The translations under genes were made by a program, and so were the position numbers. 41,413 nucleotides of DNA, from IMG/VR virus record IMGVR_UViG_2541047940_000004, positions 1 to 41,413 of that record; one strand, written 5' to 3'. A model generated the notes under the pieces. It was not told the origin of the DNA, did not search any database, and saw only the letters and a list, made by a program, of their open reading frames with translations. Shown here in pieces: positions 1-10,784 of this stretch. Positions within the stretch are counted from its first letter, which is position 1, and each line of letters starts with the position of its first letter. Source of the stretch: a virus. Taxonomy: Duplodnaviria > Heunggongvirae > Uroviricota > Caudoviricetes.

Positions 1-1158
1 ATGCTCACCGTTAAGCAGATTGAAGCAGCAAAGCCGAAAGAAAAACCATACCGCCTACTCGATGGTAATGGCCTGTACCTTTATGTCCCTGTGTCAGGGA
101 AAAAGGTATGGCAGCTTCGCTACAAGATTGACGGTAAGGAGAAAATCCTGACCGTAGGAAAATATCCGCTAATGACTTTGCAGGAGGCAAGAGATAAAGC
201 ATGGACCGCGAGGAAAGACATCTCGGTTGGCATCGATCCGGTAAAAGCGAAAAAGGCTTCGTCTAACAACAATTCCTTTAGTGCCATTTACAAGGAATGG
301 TACGAGCACAAGAAGCAAGTCTGGTCAGTAGGCTATGCAACTGAACTTGCCAAAATGTTTGATGACGACATTTTACCCATCATCGGCGGTCTTGAGATTC
401 AGGATATTGAGCCGATGCAACTGCTGGAAGTAATCCGCAGATTTGAAGATCGCGGTGCAATGGAGCGAGCCAACAAAGCCCGCAGAAGATGCGGCGAGGT
501 TTTCCGTTACGCTATTGTCACCGGCAGGGCTAAATATAACCCGGCACCTGACCTTGCTGACGCCATGAAGGGGTACCGCAAGAAGAACTTCCCGTTTCTT
601 CCTGCAGACCAGATCCCGGCATTCAATAAAGCACTGGCAACATTTTCAGGAAGTATCGTATCGCTCATTGCCACCAAGGTTTTACGCTACACTGCCCTAA
701 GAACGAAAGAGCTTCGTTCCATGCTATGGAAGAACGTCGATTTTGAAAACAGAATTATCACCATCGACGCCAATGTGATGAAGGGACGCAAAATTCATGT
801 GGTCCCGATGTCAGACCAGGTGGTTGAACTTCTCACTACGCTAAGCTCAATCACCAAACCAGTATCAGAGTTTGTTTTTGCCGGGCGCAACGATAAGAAG
901 AAGTCAATCTGCGAGAACGCGGTACTGCTTGTGATCAAACAAATCGGCTATGAAGGTCTGGAAAGCGGTCACGGATTCAGGCATGAATTCAGCACGATTA
1001 TGAACGAGCACGAATGGCCTGCTGACGCTATTGAAGTGCAACTGGCACATGCCAACGGCGGATCTGTGCGAGGGATTTACAACCATGCTCAGTATCTCGA
1101 TAAGCGCAGAGAAATGATGCAGTGGTGGGCGGACTGGCTTGATGAAAAGGTGGAGTGA
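1..1158 (+). CDS. int: Tyrosine integrase, P4-type (tRNA-site family)
   Basis: 385-aa ORF; N-terminal arm-binding-like region (KPYRLLDGNGLYLYV...WQLRY) and C-terminal catalytic motifs (HGFRHEF ... RGIYNHAQY); sits at prophage end. Confidence 0.85.
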   Translation: MLTVKQIEAAKPKEKPYRLLDGNGLYLYVPVSGKKVWQLRYKIDGKEKILTVGKYPLMTLQEARDKAWTARKDISVGIDPVKAKKASSNNNSFSAIYKEWYEHKKQVWSVGYATELAKMFDDDILPIIGGLEIQDIEPMQLLEVIRRFEDRGAMERANKARRRCGEVFRYAIVTGRAKYNPAPDLADAMKGYRKKNFPFLPADQIPAFNKALATFSGSIVSLIATKVLRYTALRTKELRSMLWKNVDFENRIITIDANVMKGRKIHVVPMSDQVVELLTTLSSITKPVSEFVFAGRNDKKKSICENAVLLVIKQIGYEGLESGHGFRHEFSTIMNEHEWPADAIEVQLAHANGGSVRGIYNHAQYLDKRREMMQWWADWLDEKVE

Positions 1159-1183
1159 TCCACCTTAACCACTATCGGATAGT

Positions 1184-1215
1184 ACAAAGCCTTGCAATCC
1201 AGTGCAAAGCTTTGT
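1184..1215. terminator. Imperfect 13-bp hairpin between convergent int and tailspike genes
   Basis: acaaagccttgca / tgcaaagctttgt arms with 6-nt loop, one mismatch; lies between two convergent stops; no clear T-run. Confidence 0.35.
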
Positions 1216-1294
1216 GTGTTTCAGTTCCCTCACAATCACTATAATGTTCATTACGGTAATCATAAAACTAATGTATAGTTACATATTGTTTTCT

Positions 1295-3469
1295 TCATTT
1301 CACCACCCAACCAGAATTCCAGCGACCTGATTCTTTGATGTAGAGTCTTCCATTTACGATATCTCGATACTCGCTTCCAGGTGTGGCTATTTGTACTCCT
1401 TCAGGATTTCCAGTGCCAGCAATTATACTGTAACTAACGTCTGTGGCTAAATTCCTAACAATGTTAGCAGGAGGGTAAACGTTATCTGCAACAATAATAT
1501 TTGAGCAACTTGCTGTTACATCTACAAAAAACTCATTGCTTATCGAGTTGTGATAACAGTTGTTACTAATCACACCATTTTTAGCAGATGAATCAATACC
1601 TATAACTGCGTCTCCAGCTACAGATTCAAATGAATTTGATGTCACAGTGAATCCGTGGCATTCGCAGTTAATATGGACAGCTCTTCTTCCGTTCATTGCT
1701 GTATTACCTACAATTGATATGTTTCTACTTAACAAAGTTCCTTTGTATTCGCCATCATCCTCAAATATATAGAATATCGCCTTAGCCGTATCAACTTTAT
1801 TGTTGCTTGCAATCACATTAGCAATGTAATTCCCTCTAAGGAATATCCCATTACATGAATCGACTGTGTTTCCAGTGATGGAAACTCCGTCAACCCATCT
1901 CATATCAAGAATGGAGCCATCACAGGACTCAAAATTATTTCCTGATATCCTCCAGTCTCTGTGAAATATTCTACTACCTTCCAATCCGCTCTCAATAAAT
2001 GTTGGTGTAAGGCATGATATCACAGAATTTCCAGTGCAATTTTTAAATGTATTATGATGTATACACACATCTCTTGATGTTTCCCGAAGAGTTGTGCTTA
2101 CTTTCCTCCCGGTAAATATTATTGCTGGATTAGTGAAATTTATAAATGTGTTTGAACCAATGTCAACATTTTCCCACCTAGAAAAGCCACGAATGCCAGA
2201 ATAAGAATTACCATCAAAAGTACAATGGTGGATTTTTATATCAATAACTGGCTGCGCTCCATCTGTTGAACCGTGATTCCCTACGCCAACAGCCCATGAC
2301 GGTAGAGATTCTGACGGTCCAAAATAACAACCAGACACTTTAATGCTAGCGATATTATCATTGCTGGACAATGGTGTTTCAATCTGAATAGCATCTGAAA
2401 AACCTCTGTTACCTGCCCAATCCATAAACCCCATAAAACGGCAGTTTTCAATATTAACATTTCTCACGCGAGACAAGTCTATAGCATGCGCCCCTGAAAC
2501 ATTAAGGAATGTGCAATCCCGAAATATAATCCCATTAGTAAAAACAAATTCAAATATACTGGCTTGGTTTTTGTATATATTGCCATTGTTATTAAAAACA
2601 CCACCAAATACAGATATATTATTACCACATTCGACTTCAGATGTGTATATGCAAGCAAATGTATTTACACCTGTGTCTGAATTATCAAAAGCACGAATAA
2701 TAGTTGCACCTCGTAGATGTAAACTTGTGTTTGAGTATATCATTATTTTTTTTGTTATTTTTATAAGCCATTCACTACGAAAAGTTAAATTCAAACATCC
2801 GTTTATCTTTGCGATATTTAAAGCATTCTGTAAGGCATCGCTATCGTCGCTTACACCATCACCTGTAACCCCAAACCATGACGGTGAAACCTCATTCCCG
2901 TAAACCCTCTTCCACCTTCTACCGTTAAAACCTACAAGAATTGTTCCGTCATTATCTTCTGATGTCGTATCTGTTGGGTCAGCATAGAACACCCCATCAC
3001 CGCCATCGAACAAATTATTTCTTCCATAACAGATTATTTTGTCATTTGTGCCATTATATGAACGTATGTCTGTATAATTACCACCTCCTAAATACGATAC
3101 CCCGTCAATCTGATTTAGTTTCTGCTGAAACATGTCTGGATCATACTTCAGCACATTAGGAAAATAGAATTGCTGCGCTCCATACGCATCATATACAGCC
3201 ATAGAATGGCCTTGCACGGTTACGAATTTGGCAATCTGTCCGTTATATACCGGATATCCAGCAGCGTTAATGATGATTGGTTGCGAAACAGGGATGTGAG
3301 AACCGTCTTCGTTCTCCACATAAACCTGAATCTGGTTTTCAGGATTTACCGGGTCAGTGTCAATTTTACCGATATAAATTTTGCCATTAGCTACGGCTTT
3401 AAAAGAACGCGCCATAGTGAAAAGTTGCGAAGGCATCGATACGATCACATTGGCTGTAATGTCTGTCAT
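1295..3469 (-). CDS. Tailspike protein: P22-type head-binding N-terminal domain plus beta-helix receptor-binding domain
   Basis: 724 aa; N-terminus MTDITANV...[37 protein letters not shown] matches the P22/Sf6-family tailspike head-binding domain from memory; remainder is Asn/Gly/Ser-rich repetitive and AT-rich, consistent with a beta-helix. Confidence 0.9.
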   Translation of the reverse strand: MTDITANVIVSMPSQLFTMARSFKAVANGKIYIGKIDTDPVNPENQIQVYVENEDGSHIPVSQPIIINAAGYPVYNGQIAKFVTVQGHSMAVYDAYGAQQFYFPNVLKYDPDMFQQKLNQIDGVSYLGGGNYTDIRSYNGTNDKIICYGRNNLFDGGDGVFYADPTDTTSEDNDGTILVGFNGRRWKRVYGNEVSPSWFGVTGDGVSDDSDALQNALNIAKINGCLNLTFRSEWLIKITKKIMIYSNTSLHLRGATIIRAFDNSDTGVNTFACIYTSEVECGNNISVFGGVFNNNGNIYKNQASIFEFVFTNGIIFRDCTFLNVSGAHAIDLSRVRNVNIENCRFMGFMDWAGNRGFSDAIQIETPLSSNDNIASIKVSGCYFGPSESLPSWAVGVGNHGSTDGAQPVIDIKIHHCTFDGNSYSGIRGFSRWENVDIGSNTFINFTNPAIIFTGRKVSTTLRETSRDVCIHHNTFKNCTGNSVISCLTPTFIESGLEGSRIFHRDWRISGNNFESCDGSILDMRWVDGVSITGNTVDSCNGIFLRGNYIANVIASNNKVDTAKAIFYIFEDDGEYKGTLLSRNISIVGNTAMNGRRAVHINCECHGFTVTSNSFESVAGDAVIGIDSSAKNGVISNNCYHNSISNEFFVDVTASCSNIIVADNVYPPANIVRNLATDVSYSIIAGTGNPEGVQIATPGSEYRDIVNGRLYIKESGRWNSGWVVK

Positions 3470-3526
3470 TTAATTTTCTCCAGATACAAGGAATCGCCGA
3501 AGCATGGCTACGGTGAATTTTAGGCA

Positions 3527-3550
3527 TAAAAAAACCCAGCCTAAGCTGGG
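3527..3550 (-). terminator. Rho-independent terminator downstream of ant
   Basis: Minus strand reads CCCAGC-ttag-GCTGGG followed by a 7-8 nt T-run, immediately after the ant stop. Confidence 0.55.
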
Positions 3551-3569
3551 TCGTTGCGTTGGTTATCTG

Positions 3570-4538
3570 TCAGTAGTTATGTACTGAAGGAGGTAATTCT
3601 TTATTCTTAAGTCTTATCCATGCGGAAAGATTCGTTGGTCCGTCTGGCTCATTGATATCAACATCTCGTGTGTGGTTGATTAAAACGTCTCTCGCCATTC
3701 CGATAACATACGAGAATTCATGACCGTAGTCGTAGCATCTGCCGGAATAGTTCGATTGAATTTGTTTCAGCGCCGGATACAATTCGCGGAATAATGCCTG
3801 TGAGCGGTTGGCATAATCCCATAACCATACAAGGCTGTTTGCTTCTTTTGCAGAAAGCTCGTTTGCTTTCTTCTCTTGTTTGCCGATTAACTCGCCTTCA
3901 AGCACTACCCTGTGGATGTACTCTACGGCTTGCGGTATCTGAGATGCATCAAGCTCTTCAATACTTTCCACATTGAAACGCTGATGAATCATTGCATAAG
4001 CTTCTGGGTACATTAGATGCTTTTTGCTGACTAGCATATTTACAGCATCACGAAGCGGAGTCCTGTCATCAACAGATGTTTTCTTACGTGCATTTTCTGC
4101 CTTTCCCTTTGTCCAGTAGTCATGCAGTACAGTAAAGCATTCTTCCTGGTACTGAATCAGTTTATCACGGATGTCAGCACGAACTTTCTCAGGGTTGATG
4201 CTGATCAGCCATCCATTTAACTTCTTCAAAGGAAGGCATAGTAGCTTACGAAGCTTCCCATCAGCGGCAACCATGTTCATATGAACACAGTTGAATTTGC
4301 TAATCTGCTTCATGAGTTTTGTTTGCTGCGTTGACCAGCTCATTCCAAGGTTTTCAACGATTGGCTTCATCGCAACATATGCAACTCCGGCAGCCATGGC
4401 GGTGATAATTTGCTGACCGTTGAATGGTACATAAGAGGTGTTCACTGCTTCTAAAATTGCTATACTATTCATGTTGGTTTTTCTCCACGGATTTACTGAC
4501 AACCGAAGCCCTGACTGTTCCCGCAGTTGGGGCTTCAC
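3570..4538 (-). CDS. ant: Antirepressor Ant
   Basis: Position downstream of arc in the immI operon; ORF start at 4538 overlaps the stop of the upstream ORF (ATGA); alternative start at 4472 (MNSIAIL..., preceded by GGAG) gives 300 aa, the size I recall for P22 Ant. Confidence 0.8.
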   Translation of the reverse strand: MKPQLREQSGLRLSVNPWRKTNMNSIAILEAVNTSYVPFNGQQIITAMAAGVAYVAMKPIVENLGMSWSTQQTKLMKQISKFNCVHMNMVAADGKLRKLLCLPLKKLNGWLISINPEKVRADIRDKLIQYQEECFTVLHDYWTKGKAENARKKTSVDDRTPLRDAVNMLVSKKHLMYPEAYAMIHQRFNVESIEELDASQIPQAVEYIHRVVLEGELIGKQEKKANELSAKEANSLVWLWDYANRSQALFRELYPALKQIQSNYSGRCYDYGHEFSYVIGMARDVLINHTRDVDINEPDGPTNLSAWIRLKNKELPPSVHNY

Positions 4539-4756
4539 TGTTTTTGTAAGTCACTGTAGTTATAAAGCCACTGACCACTCATTCTTGCTTTGATTGACTC
4601 TACTGAATCACGGCAAGGAATGATTCCACCTGACATCATTCTGATCTCCGTAAATTCACCGCTCCTTATCGACTCAATGCCATTAACGTTAACTAAAGAT
4701 TTACCTCTACCAAGTGCATTCTCATAGCCAATCTCATCAACCTCAATAAACCTCAT
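4535..4756 (-). CDS. Hypothetical 73-aa protein inserted between arc and ant
   Basis: ORF with ATGA overlap to the arc stop and to the ant alternative start; AGGGG-type RBS upstream; no P22 counterpart at this position as far as I recall. Confidence 0.5.
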   Translation of the reverse strand: MRFIEVDEIGYENALGRGKSLVNVNGIESIRSGEFTEIRMMSGGIIPCRDSVESIKARMSGQWLYNYSDLQKQ

Positions 4757-4911
4757 ACCGTTATCCCCTCTCTCTTCAGGCTGTCCATCACTCGCTTATA
4801 AATCTCAGAGTTAACAGATCGCCCGTTCTCTTCAGCTACCTTGCGCACCAAATCCAATACTTCTTTAGGCCACCGCAAATTGAACTGCGGCATTTTGCTC
4901 ATTCCTTTCAT
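4753..4911 (-). CDS. arc: Arc repressor
   Basis: MKGMSKMPQFNLRWPKEVLDLVRKVAEENGRSVNSEIYKRVMDSL... matches P22 Arc from memory; true start at internal Met of the 73-aa track ORF (4753-4974). Confidence 0.9.
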   Translation of the reverse strand: MKGMSKMPQFNLRWPKEVLDLVRKVAEENGRSVNSEIYKRVMDSLKREGITV

Positions 4912-4927
4912 ATTTACCTCACAATAT

Positions 4928-4944
4928 AGGTCCACGGTGGACCT
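4928..4944. promoter_or_regulatory. Mnt operator (Omnt)
   Basis: Exact 17-bp palindrome AGGTCCACGGTGGACCT between divergent mnt and arc. Confidence 0.75.
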
Positions 4945-4953
4945 ATTGAGAAT

Positions 4954-4974
4954 ATAGTAGAGTGCTTCTATCAT
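4954..4974. promoter_or_regulatory. Arc operator (Oarc)
   Basis: 21-bp ATAGTAGAGTGCTTCTATCAT, the reverse complement of the P22 arc operator as I recall it. Confidence 0.75.
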
Positions 4975-5001
4975 GTCAATACACTAACTTGGGGTGATGG
5001 C

Positions 5002-5256
5002 ATGGCTAGAGACGATCCGCACTTTAACTTCCGTATGCCTTTGGAAGTAAGAGAAAAATTGAAATTAAGAGCAGAGGCTAACGGAAGGTCAATGAACTCT
5101 GAGTTATTACAAATCGTTCAGGATGCTCTCTCAAAGCCATCATCAATTGTAGGCTATCGAGACGAAGCTGAGCGAGTCGCGGATGAGCAATCTGACGTTG
5201 TTAAGAAGATGGTCTTTGAAACGCTGAAAAATATTTATAGCAAAAGTAAGTTATAG
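5002..5256 (+). CDS. mnt: Mnt repressor
   Basis: 84 aa MARDDPHFNFRMPLEVREKLKLRAEANGRSMNSELLQIVQDAL... matches P22 Mnt from memory; divergent from arc. Confidence 0.9.
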   Translation: MARDDPHFNFRMPLEVREKLKLRAEANGRSMNSELLQIVQDALSKPSSIVGYRDEAERVADEQSDVVKKMVFETLKNIYSKSKL

Positions 5257-5305
5257 GCTTATGACGTACAGTTAACCATATCGATATTGGCTCGCGTGAT
5301 GACAA

Positions 5306-6025
5306 ATGAAAAAAAGCAATGGACTCACATTAAAACTTGACGGAACCACCCCAGGCCAGCTGTCAATGGCTAAGTTGGTCAAGTATATGTCTGCTCTCGT
5401 AGATCTATACGGTTCTGCAGATTCTGTTCACTTCGACTGTGTAAGTGAAGGATCGGCTGACTTAAATGCATGGGTCGATAATGATATTTGTTATAACGCT
5501 GTCATAGCAAGGGCCTCTCTCTCAGCCAAAGAGAAATCACCCGCGTATCAAAAAATTGTTAATTTACTGGAACATGATGGTTTTTCAGCGAAACTACTCG
5601 GACGAAACCACTCAACCATTATCGCATTCCCGCGAGTAAAAAAGGAGCCAATCCCTTTACTCATAACAAAAACGTCAGAAGTTCAAGGAAGGCTATACAG
5701 TGTTGGCGGAAAAGACAACTCAATACCTGTGCGTATTGAGGGAGCCAACGGTGAAACATTCAAGTGCGAGGCAACCCCTGATTTGGCGGCAGCTCTTGGG
5801 TCCCATCTATTCAAATATATTAGGGTTAAAGGAGATGGGTGCTGGGAAAAAAAGAACAACAAATGGGAGCTAAAGAAACTAAAAATAACTTCATTTGTAT
5901 TGCTCAAAAAATCATCACTCAAGGATGCTATTAATGCTATCAAGCAAGTTCCTGGAGATCAGTGGTCCGAGGAACGCGATGTTGATTCAATCCTTAGGAC
6001 TCTGAGGAAGATAAATTGCGAGTAA
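5306..6025 (+). CDS. Hypothetical 239-aa protein, upstream partner of PIN-like gene
   Basis: Long ORF immediately after mnt; AT-rich by eye; stop overlaps the start of the next gene; no domain recognised by eye. Confidence 0.7.
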   Translation: MKKSNGLTLKLDGTTPGQLSMAKLVKYMSALVDLYGSADSVHFDCVSEGSADLNAWVDNDICYNAVIARASLSAKEKSPAYQKIVNLLEHDGFSAKLLGRNHSTIIAFPRVKKEPIPLLITKTSEVQGRLYSVGGKDNSIPVRIEGANGETFKCEATPDLAAALGSHLFKYIRVKGDGCWEKKNNKWELKKLKITSFVLLKKSSLKDAINAIKQVPGDQWSEERDVDSILRTLRKINCE

Positions 6026-6564
6026 TTTTAGATACCAATATTCTGGTATACCTACTATCAGATATAGAACACGATTATAGATTATCTGACCCTATACTTG
6101 GTTCTGAGATTCCAGATGCCAAAAGAAGAGCAGAAGCTCTTGTTGATCGAATAGATAACAAGAACGGGACAATCATCGTTCCAACTCCTGTATTGGCGGA
6201 GTTTTTAGTTGGAATCCATAAAGATTACCAACAAGAAAAACTGAATGTTATCAAATCGTTATCGTGCTTCGAGACTGTATCATTTGATGAGTTGGCTGCT
6301 ATTGAATGCGCATCGATACCAACATTAAAAGAATTAAGGAAAATTAGCACAGAAGGTACAGCAAATAAAATTAAGTTTGACAGACAAATAATAGCAATTG
6401 CAAGAGCAATTAATGCTGACGAGGTATGGACTCATGATAAGGGAGTGTTTGAGCGTTGCAAAAGTCTCAATATTCCTGTGTTCACATTATCATCAATAGA
6501 ACCAATTCCGGTTCAAAGTCTCATGGAGTTCTTACACGATTCAGACGATCAGAGATTACACTAA
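6016..6564 (+). CDS. PIN-domain-like nuclease (VapC-like fold), 182 aa
   Basis: TTG start overlapping upstream stop (TTGCGAGTAA); motifs ILDTNIL (D6), PVLAEF (E62), FDRQIIAIARA (D122), WTHD (D141) fit the PIN acidic quartet. Confidence 0.7.
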   Translation: MRVILDTNILVYLLSDIEHDYRLSDPILGSEIPDAKRRAEALVDRIDNKNGTIIVPTPVLAEFLVGIHKDYQQEKLNVIKSLSCFETVSFDELAAIECASIPTLKELRKISTEGTANKIKFDRQIIAIARAINADEVWTHDKGVFERCKSLNIPVFTLSSIEPIPVQSLMEFLHDSDDQRLH

Positions 6565-6692
6565 AATATAATTTTTATGCATCCGTGATAATTACATCCG
6601 TCACGGATACATAAAGCTATAGCCAAAAGTGGACAAACCTTTATCTCACTCCAAACCATCTGGTATCCTACTCAAAACTAAGGAGGTTGGTG

Positions 6693-6880
6693 TGAAGAAA
6701 AAATTTGTAAACGTTGCAAAGTGCGCAATTTTTATATTTTTTATGACCTTTTACGGATTTAGTGCCGGAGAAGGTTTCGATCGTGATGCCAATGCATTCA
6801 GTTTCTTTTGTCTGTCTATAGTGGTCATAATTGTATGGGTGGAATTAAAGCAAACATTGTTTCATGTGCTAGGGAAATAA
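6693..6880 (+). CDS. Small predicted membrane protein (about 62 aa, two hydrophobic segments)
   Basis: GTG start 5 nt after a strong AAGGAGG; VKKKFVNVAKCAIFIFFMTFYGF...FFCLSIVVIIVWV; track ORF 6629-6880 is the same frame extended. Confidence 0.5.
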
Positions 6881-6897
6881 CCATCCATGGCATTTAG

Positions 6898-8739
6898 TCA
6901 CTGCTGTGTTGCCTCAGTGGCAAGCAGCGGTCTGATGGCATTTGCAGCGTTACTCAACGCTCTTTCATAGGCTGGCGTTCCAGCTTTAGTGTTTGCCAGA
7001 CGTAAGAGCGCATTCCTTGCTGCTTTGGATTCATACAAGCGCATCATTGCACCGAAACCAGCCTCAAGCCCCATTGATACGCCAAGAGTCGCAGTTGCGC
7101 CAATCGTCCTTATCCTGTTGGCTTGCGATTGCCCCGTCTGAGTTACTACATTTGCGGTGTCTGACCTTGCTGTTTGCTGCAGAACTTCATGAAGAGCATC
7201 AAGTTCTTTCATGTGCTTTCCAGAAAAAATAGTGTTGTAAATTTCACCGCCTGACTGAGATTTCAGCTTATTAACTTCAGTGATGAACTTGGCTGGAGAG
7301 TCACCGGCCTTTTCCGCTATTTTGCTGACGTAAGCTGCACGCATAGCATCTTTCCCTTTATCATCCAGTGCGCTCCAGATTCGTTTCACGTCAGATGGTT
7401 TTCTGCTTAATACAACGGTATTTATAAGTTCAGGACTGGCTTCACTGCTTGCCTTGTTGAGCTTGTTAGCAATGTTTTTATTAAGCACCTTATTATAAAC
7501 GTTTGCATAATCGGAATTTGCTTTAAGGTATTTTGCTGCGTCTGATGCACCGAGGTTTTTAGCAACTGCGTTACGAAGGTCTTTTGACATTGCATTCTCT
7601 ACCATATTGGTAGCTGCTTTTGCCTGGTTGGGGAAGACCATAGCATCTCCCTGAACATTAGATCTAAATGCTGTTCTGTGCTGACGCAAGAGATCAAACG
7701 TAACATCCAAATCAGTTGCAGGGTTTGCTAATTCTTCACGTAGGTTACGCAAGGATGTAAGCAGGCTTTGATTGGCAGACGTCCCAAGCCGTTCCTGTCT
7801 TGCGATCGCTGTATTCAGAGCATTCATGGTATTTGTGGTATCAACTGCGGCATTACCCATTTTATTGGTGACGTCATTGATAACAGCGCCAGCGGCATCC
7901 TTCCGCCCCCTTAACGTGGTGGTCAGAGATTTCACCACATCATCAGGGTTGTACTCACCAAAACGGTCAAAATAATTGCTTACCAGCTTACTACGCGTTG
8001 CATATTGCTCCGCTCGCTTTGAGCCTGTCCCGAGCAAAGCCCCCTCGGCATCCTGAGTAAGGCCGCGAGTGAAAGCATTTTTCGGCGGGATAACATCAGA
8101 TGTCATTGGTGTCACGCCCATCGATTCTGATGTGGCAATTTTCTTCGCCACTTCTGGCGCAATATCACCTTTTATAGCCGTTATTCCACGCCCTATTCCC
8201 TTTGCTGCTGCGGAAAGAACACCCTGAGCGGCAAGGTTAACTCCGGCATTTTTAGCTGCATTTTGTGCGAAATCGCCTTTCTGATTTGCGGCCTCTGCCA
8301 GTGATCCAATAGCCATGCTTCCTGCCGTTCCAACTCCTGGAACTAAATACCCGCCAATTGTTTCTCCAGCTTGCGCATAAGGGTCTGTTGGTCGATCTAC
8401 TGGACGATAGACATCGTCCAAAACCTTGGGGCCACCAAGCCCCTGGCTGATTGCATTAATCAGACTTGCGCCACCCTGCAATACGTCAAATGGTATGTTT
8501 ACCAGACCACGACCAGCCTGCTCTGCAATTTGCCCTGCACTTTGACCATCTGTGAGCCAATCGCCAGCTTGTTGCATCAATGATGGTTCTTCACGTGCTG
8601 GTTCATTATTGGCCTGATTAACTGTTTGTTGCTGAACAGCCTGACCAGCAAAATACTCATCAATGGCGGTGCCAATATCTTCCGTGCTCGTACCATCAGG
8701 GAAGGTAAATGTCTTACCGTTTGCAGTTACTTTCATCAT
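6898..8739 (-). CDS. Ejection (injection) protein, P22 gp16-like
   Basis: 613 aa; last gene of the P22-order virion operon; size and position match gp16; Ala/Gly-rich. Confidence 0.75.
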   Translation of the reverse strand: MMKVTANGKTFTFPDGTSTEDIGTAIDEYFAGQAVQQQTVNQANNEPAREEPSLMQQAGDWLTDGQSAGQIAEQAGRGLVNIPFDVLQGGASLINAISQGLGGPKVLDDVYRPVDRPTDPYAQAGETIGGYLVPGVGTAGSMAIGSLAEAANQKGDFAQNAAKNAGVNLAAQGVLSAAAKGIGRGITAIKGDIAPEVAKKIATSESMGVTPMTSDVIPPKNAFTRGLTQDAEGALLGTGSKRAEQYATRSKLVSNYFDRFGEYNPDDVVKSLTTTLRGRKDAAGAVINDVTNKMGNAAVDTTNTMNALNTAIARQERLGTSANQSLLTSLRNLREELANPATDLDVTFDLLRQHRTAFRSNVQGDAMVFPNQAKAATNMVENAMSKDLRNAVAKNLGASDAAKYLKANSDYANVYNKVLNKNIANKLNKASSEASPELINTVVLSRKPSDVKRIWSALDDKGKDAMRAAYVSKIAEKAGDSPAKFITEVNKLKSQSGGEIYNTIFSGKHMKELDALHEVLQQTARSDTANVVTQTGQSQANRIRTIGATATLGVSMGLEAGFGAMMRLYESKAARNALLRLANTKAGTPAYERALSNAANAIRPLLATEATQQ

Positions 8740-10112
8740 TCCACCGTAAATTGAATGCCTGATTTTGACGTGTAGCTACCTCCTGCTGATTGCTGAGTAG
8801 CTGGCTGTTGCCTTGATGATTTCTTCCCGCCATTACCGACATTAACGTTATATTGCTGGTTGTAATTGTCGGTATATTGCTGAATGTCGCGCATTGATTG
8901 TTGCAGTGCTTCAGGGCTTGAGAAATCAACCTGTGGCATACCTTGAAAATACATCTTTGCTTCTGCAACGGTGTTGATACCGGATGCCCCCATGTCTCTG
9001 GCTGCTGCAATGCCCTGATTCTGCATCTTTCCTTGGATTCGCTGTGCAGCGTTGTATAGTTTCCTCTGATCACCACCAGATGCACGGCTACGAATATCTG
9101 CACCAAGAGCAGGAGAACCTGAAGAGCCTGTAATGCCAGTCATGAAGCCAAGATCGTCAATTGATGCACCAGAAATTGCATCAAGATCTTTCTTCATTGC
9201 GTAATTCTGCGCGCTTGCTGCCGATGTAGCCGGAGCGGCAATAGAGCCAGCAGGAACGCGAACCATATTCCCCTCGTTGTCGATACCTTCGTAGAACGCA
9301 TTAGCCCCAGCGCCGTGAAGCTTCCCGCCTACCGTTACAGTTCTGCCATCTGCTAACTGAACTGTACGCTCATTATTCCCAACCGCCCCTTTCATTGATG
9401 CTCTCTGCATCGATAAATCCTGACCGCGCATCGTGATGTTCTGACCTCGTGCTGTTAGCGCCTCTCCAGCCTGATTGCTGCGGATTGTCTCTGCCAGTCT
9501 GCCTCGGTCAATCTCACGACCAGCTATCTTGTCCTGAACATTGAAGTAATCAATCGGACCAAGCGCGGCCATTCCAAGGTGATCAACAAACTCCGTGAAA
9601 CCTTGTGGATTTTGCTGATACATTTTCGCCACATCCAGAGGGTCTACTCCGGCACGAGTAAGCTCAGATGAGTTGTTCTGCAACCATGACATCATGGCTT
9701 CTGGAGATGAAGCTGCGAGTCTGGCACTTGCTGCCAGTGTACCGACAGTGGAACGCTGGTCTTCATCAACAAATTTCATGCCGTTTCTTACAGCGTCAAA
9801 CTGCTCAGGATACTGTGATGCCAGTTTTCGCATTGCATCGCGGTCACCAGATGTATATGCATCAGCATAAGCCTGCTGAAACTCTTGATGTCGCTTCTGC
9901 TGATCCATCTGCTTATACATATCCATGACAGGTGAAATGCCCTGCAAAGCCTGCAAGCCAACGTTATTACGTCCTGAACGCTCCATCTCGTTATTCTGTC
10001 GAATGTATGCAAGCGTGGCGTCTGCATCACTTGCTCTTGGAGCGTTGGAGTTCATGCCGCCCAACCCGGCAAGAAGCGCGCCTGAATTACCAGCCTGTTG
10101 CCATGTAGCCAA
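8736..10112 (-). CDS. Ejection protein, P22 gp20-like
   Basis: 458 aa; synteny and size match gp20; overlapping stop/start with neighbours. Confidence 0.75.
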   Translation of the reverse strand: MATWQQAGNSGALLAGLGGMNSNAPRASDADATLAYIRQNNEMERSGRNNVGLQALQGISPVMDMYKQMDQQKRHQEFQQAYADAYTSGDRDAMRKLASQYPEQFDAVRNGMKFVDEDQRSTVGTLAASARLAASSPEAMMSWLQNNSSELTRAGVDPLDVAKMYQQNPQGFTEFVDHLGMAALGPIDYFNVQDKIAGREIDRGRLAETIRSNQAGEALTARGQNITMRGQDLSMQRASMKGAVGNNERTVQLADGRTVTVGGKLHGAGANAFYEGIDNEGNMVRVPAGSIAAPATSAASAQNYAMKKDLDAISGASIDDLGFMTGITGSSGSPALGADIRSRASGGDQRKLYNAAQRIQGKMQNQGIAAARDMGASGINTVAEAKMYFQGMPQVDFSSPEALQQSMRDIQQYTDNYNQQYNVNVGNGGKKSSRQQPATQQSAGGSYTSKSGIQFTVE

Positions 10113-10124
10113 GAGACACCTCCA

Positions 10125-10784
10125 TTAAAAAAGTGAACCAAGAAGACCGACGCCAGCACCAATTGCTGTACCCCAACCAGGCATGATTGCAGTACCTGCA
10201 GCTGCACCGGCCGCCGCTCCACCCAAGGCGCTCTGAAATCCTGATGGTTTATTTGCATTCGCCGCAGATGCTGCCGCCTGCTGTTGATACAATTGGCTGA
10301 CGTTGTTAGCGTAGTTCTGCCCAGCGTTTGCCTGACCTGTAAGAGCACCAAGGCCGATATTTGCCAGATTGTTGTAGTTGTTCATCTGACCTGACAGCCA
10401 GTTTTGACCGAGTGTAGGTGCGATTGCTGCTAACTGGTTTCCTGTTGCTGTAGAGCCTAATCCACCCGTTGCCTCTGCTGCTGCCAGACTCTGGTAACGC
10501 GCCTGACCAGCAAGGTCTTTGTACTGCTGGGAGTTGTAATACTGGTTAAGCGCCTGACCTTGCCCCTGAAGAGAGGAAAGATTTTGCAACTGTGATACGT
10601 ACTGCTGAGCGAGTGGCGTGAACGGTGCAAGGTTCTGCATGTTCGTCTGCCACATTTCACGTTGCAGTTCGATGCCCTTTTCAGTTGCGCGTGCCTGGGC
10701 TTTAGATCCGGAGTCGCTGCCGCCTTTCATATACCCATTCATGGGAAGCAATTTATTCTTGAAGCTTTCGCTAAGTACTAACAT
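10125..10784 (-). CDS. Ejection protein, P22 gp7-like
   Basis: 219 aa; Gln/Ala/Gly-rich; synteny and size. Confidence 0.7.
   Translation of the reverse strand: MLVLSESFKNKLLPMNGYMKGGSDSGSKAQARATEKGIELQREMWQTNMQNLAPFTPLAQQYVSQLQNLSSLQGQGQALNQYYNSQQYKDLAGQARYQSLAAAEATGGLGSTATGNQLAAIAPTLGQNWLSGQMNNYNNLANIGLGALTGQANAGQNYANNVSQLYQQQAAASAANANKPSGFQSALGGAAAGAAAGTAIMPGWGTAIGAGVGLLGSLF

Noticed and set aside
1159-1294. attP/att core between int and tailspike
   Set aside because: No copy of the argW core CTGCAGGGGACACCA or its complement occurs here; the region holds only a hairpin between convergent genes
1560-3523. Several + strand ORFs (70-130 aa) inside the tailspike gene, and similar antisense ORFs inside virion genes (for example 6993-7232, 9668-9928, 16577-17101, 18095-18442)
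   Set aside because: They are embedded antisense within long, well-supported structural genes and lack RBSs; typical chance frames
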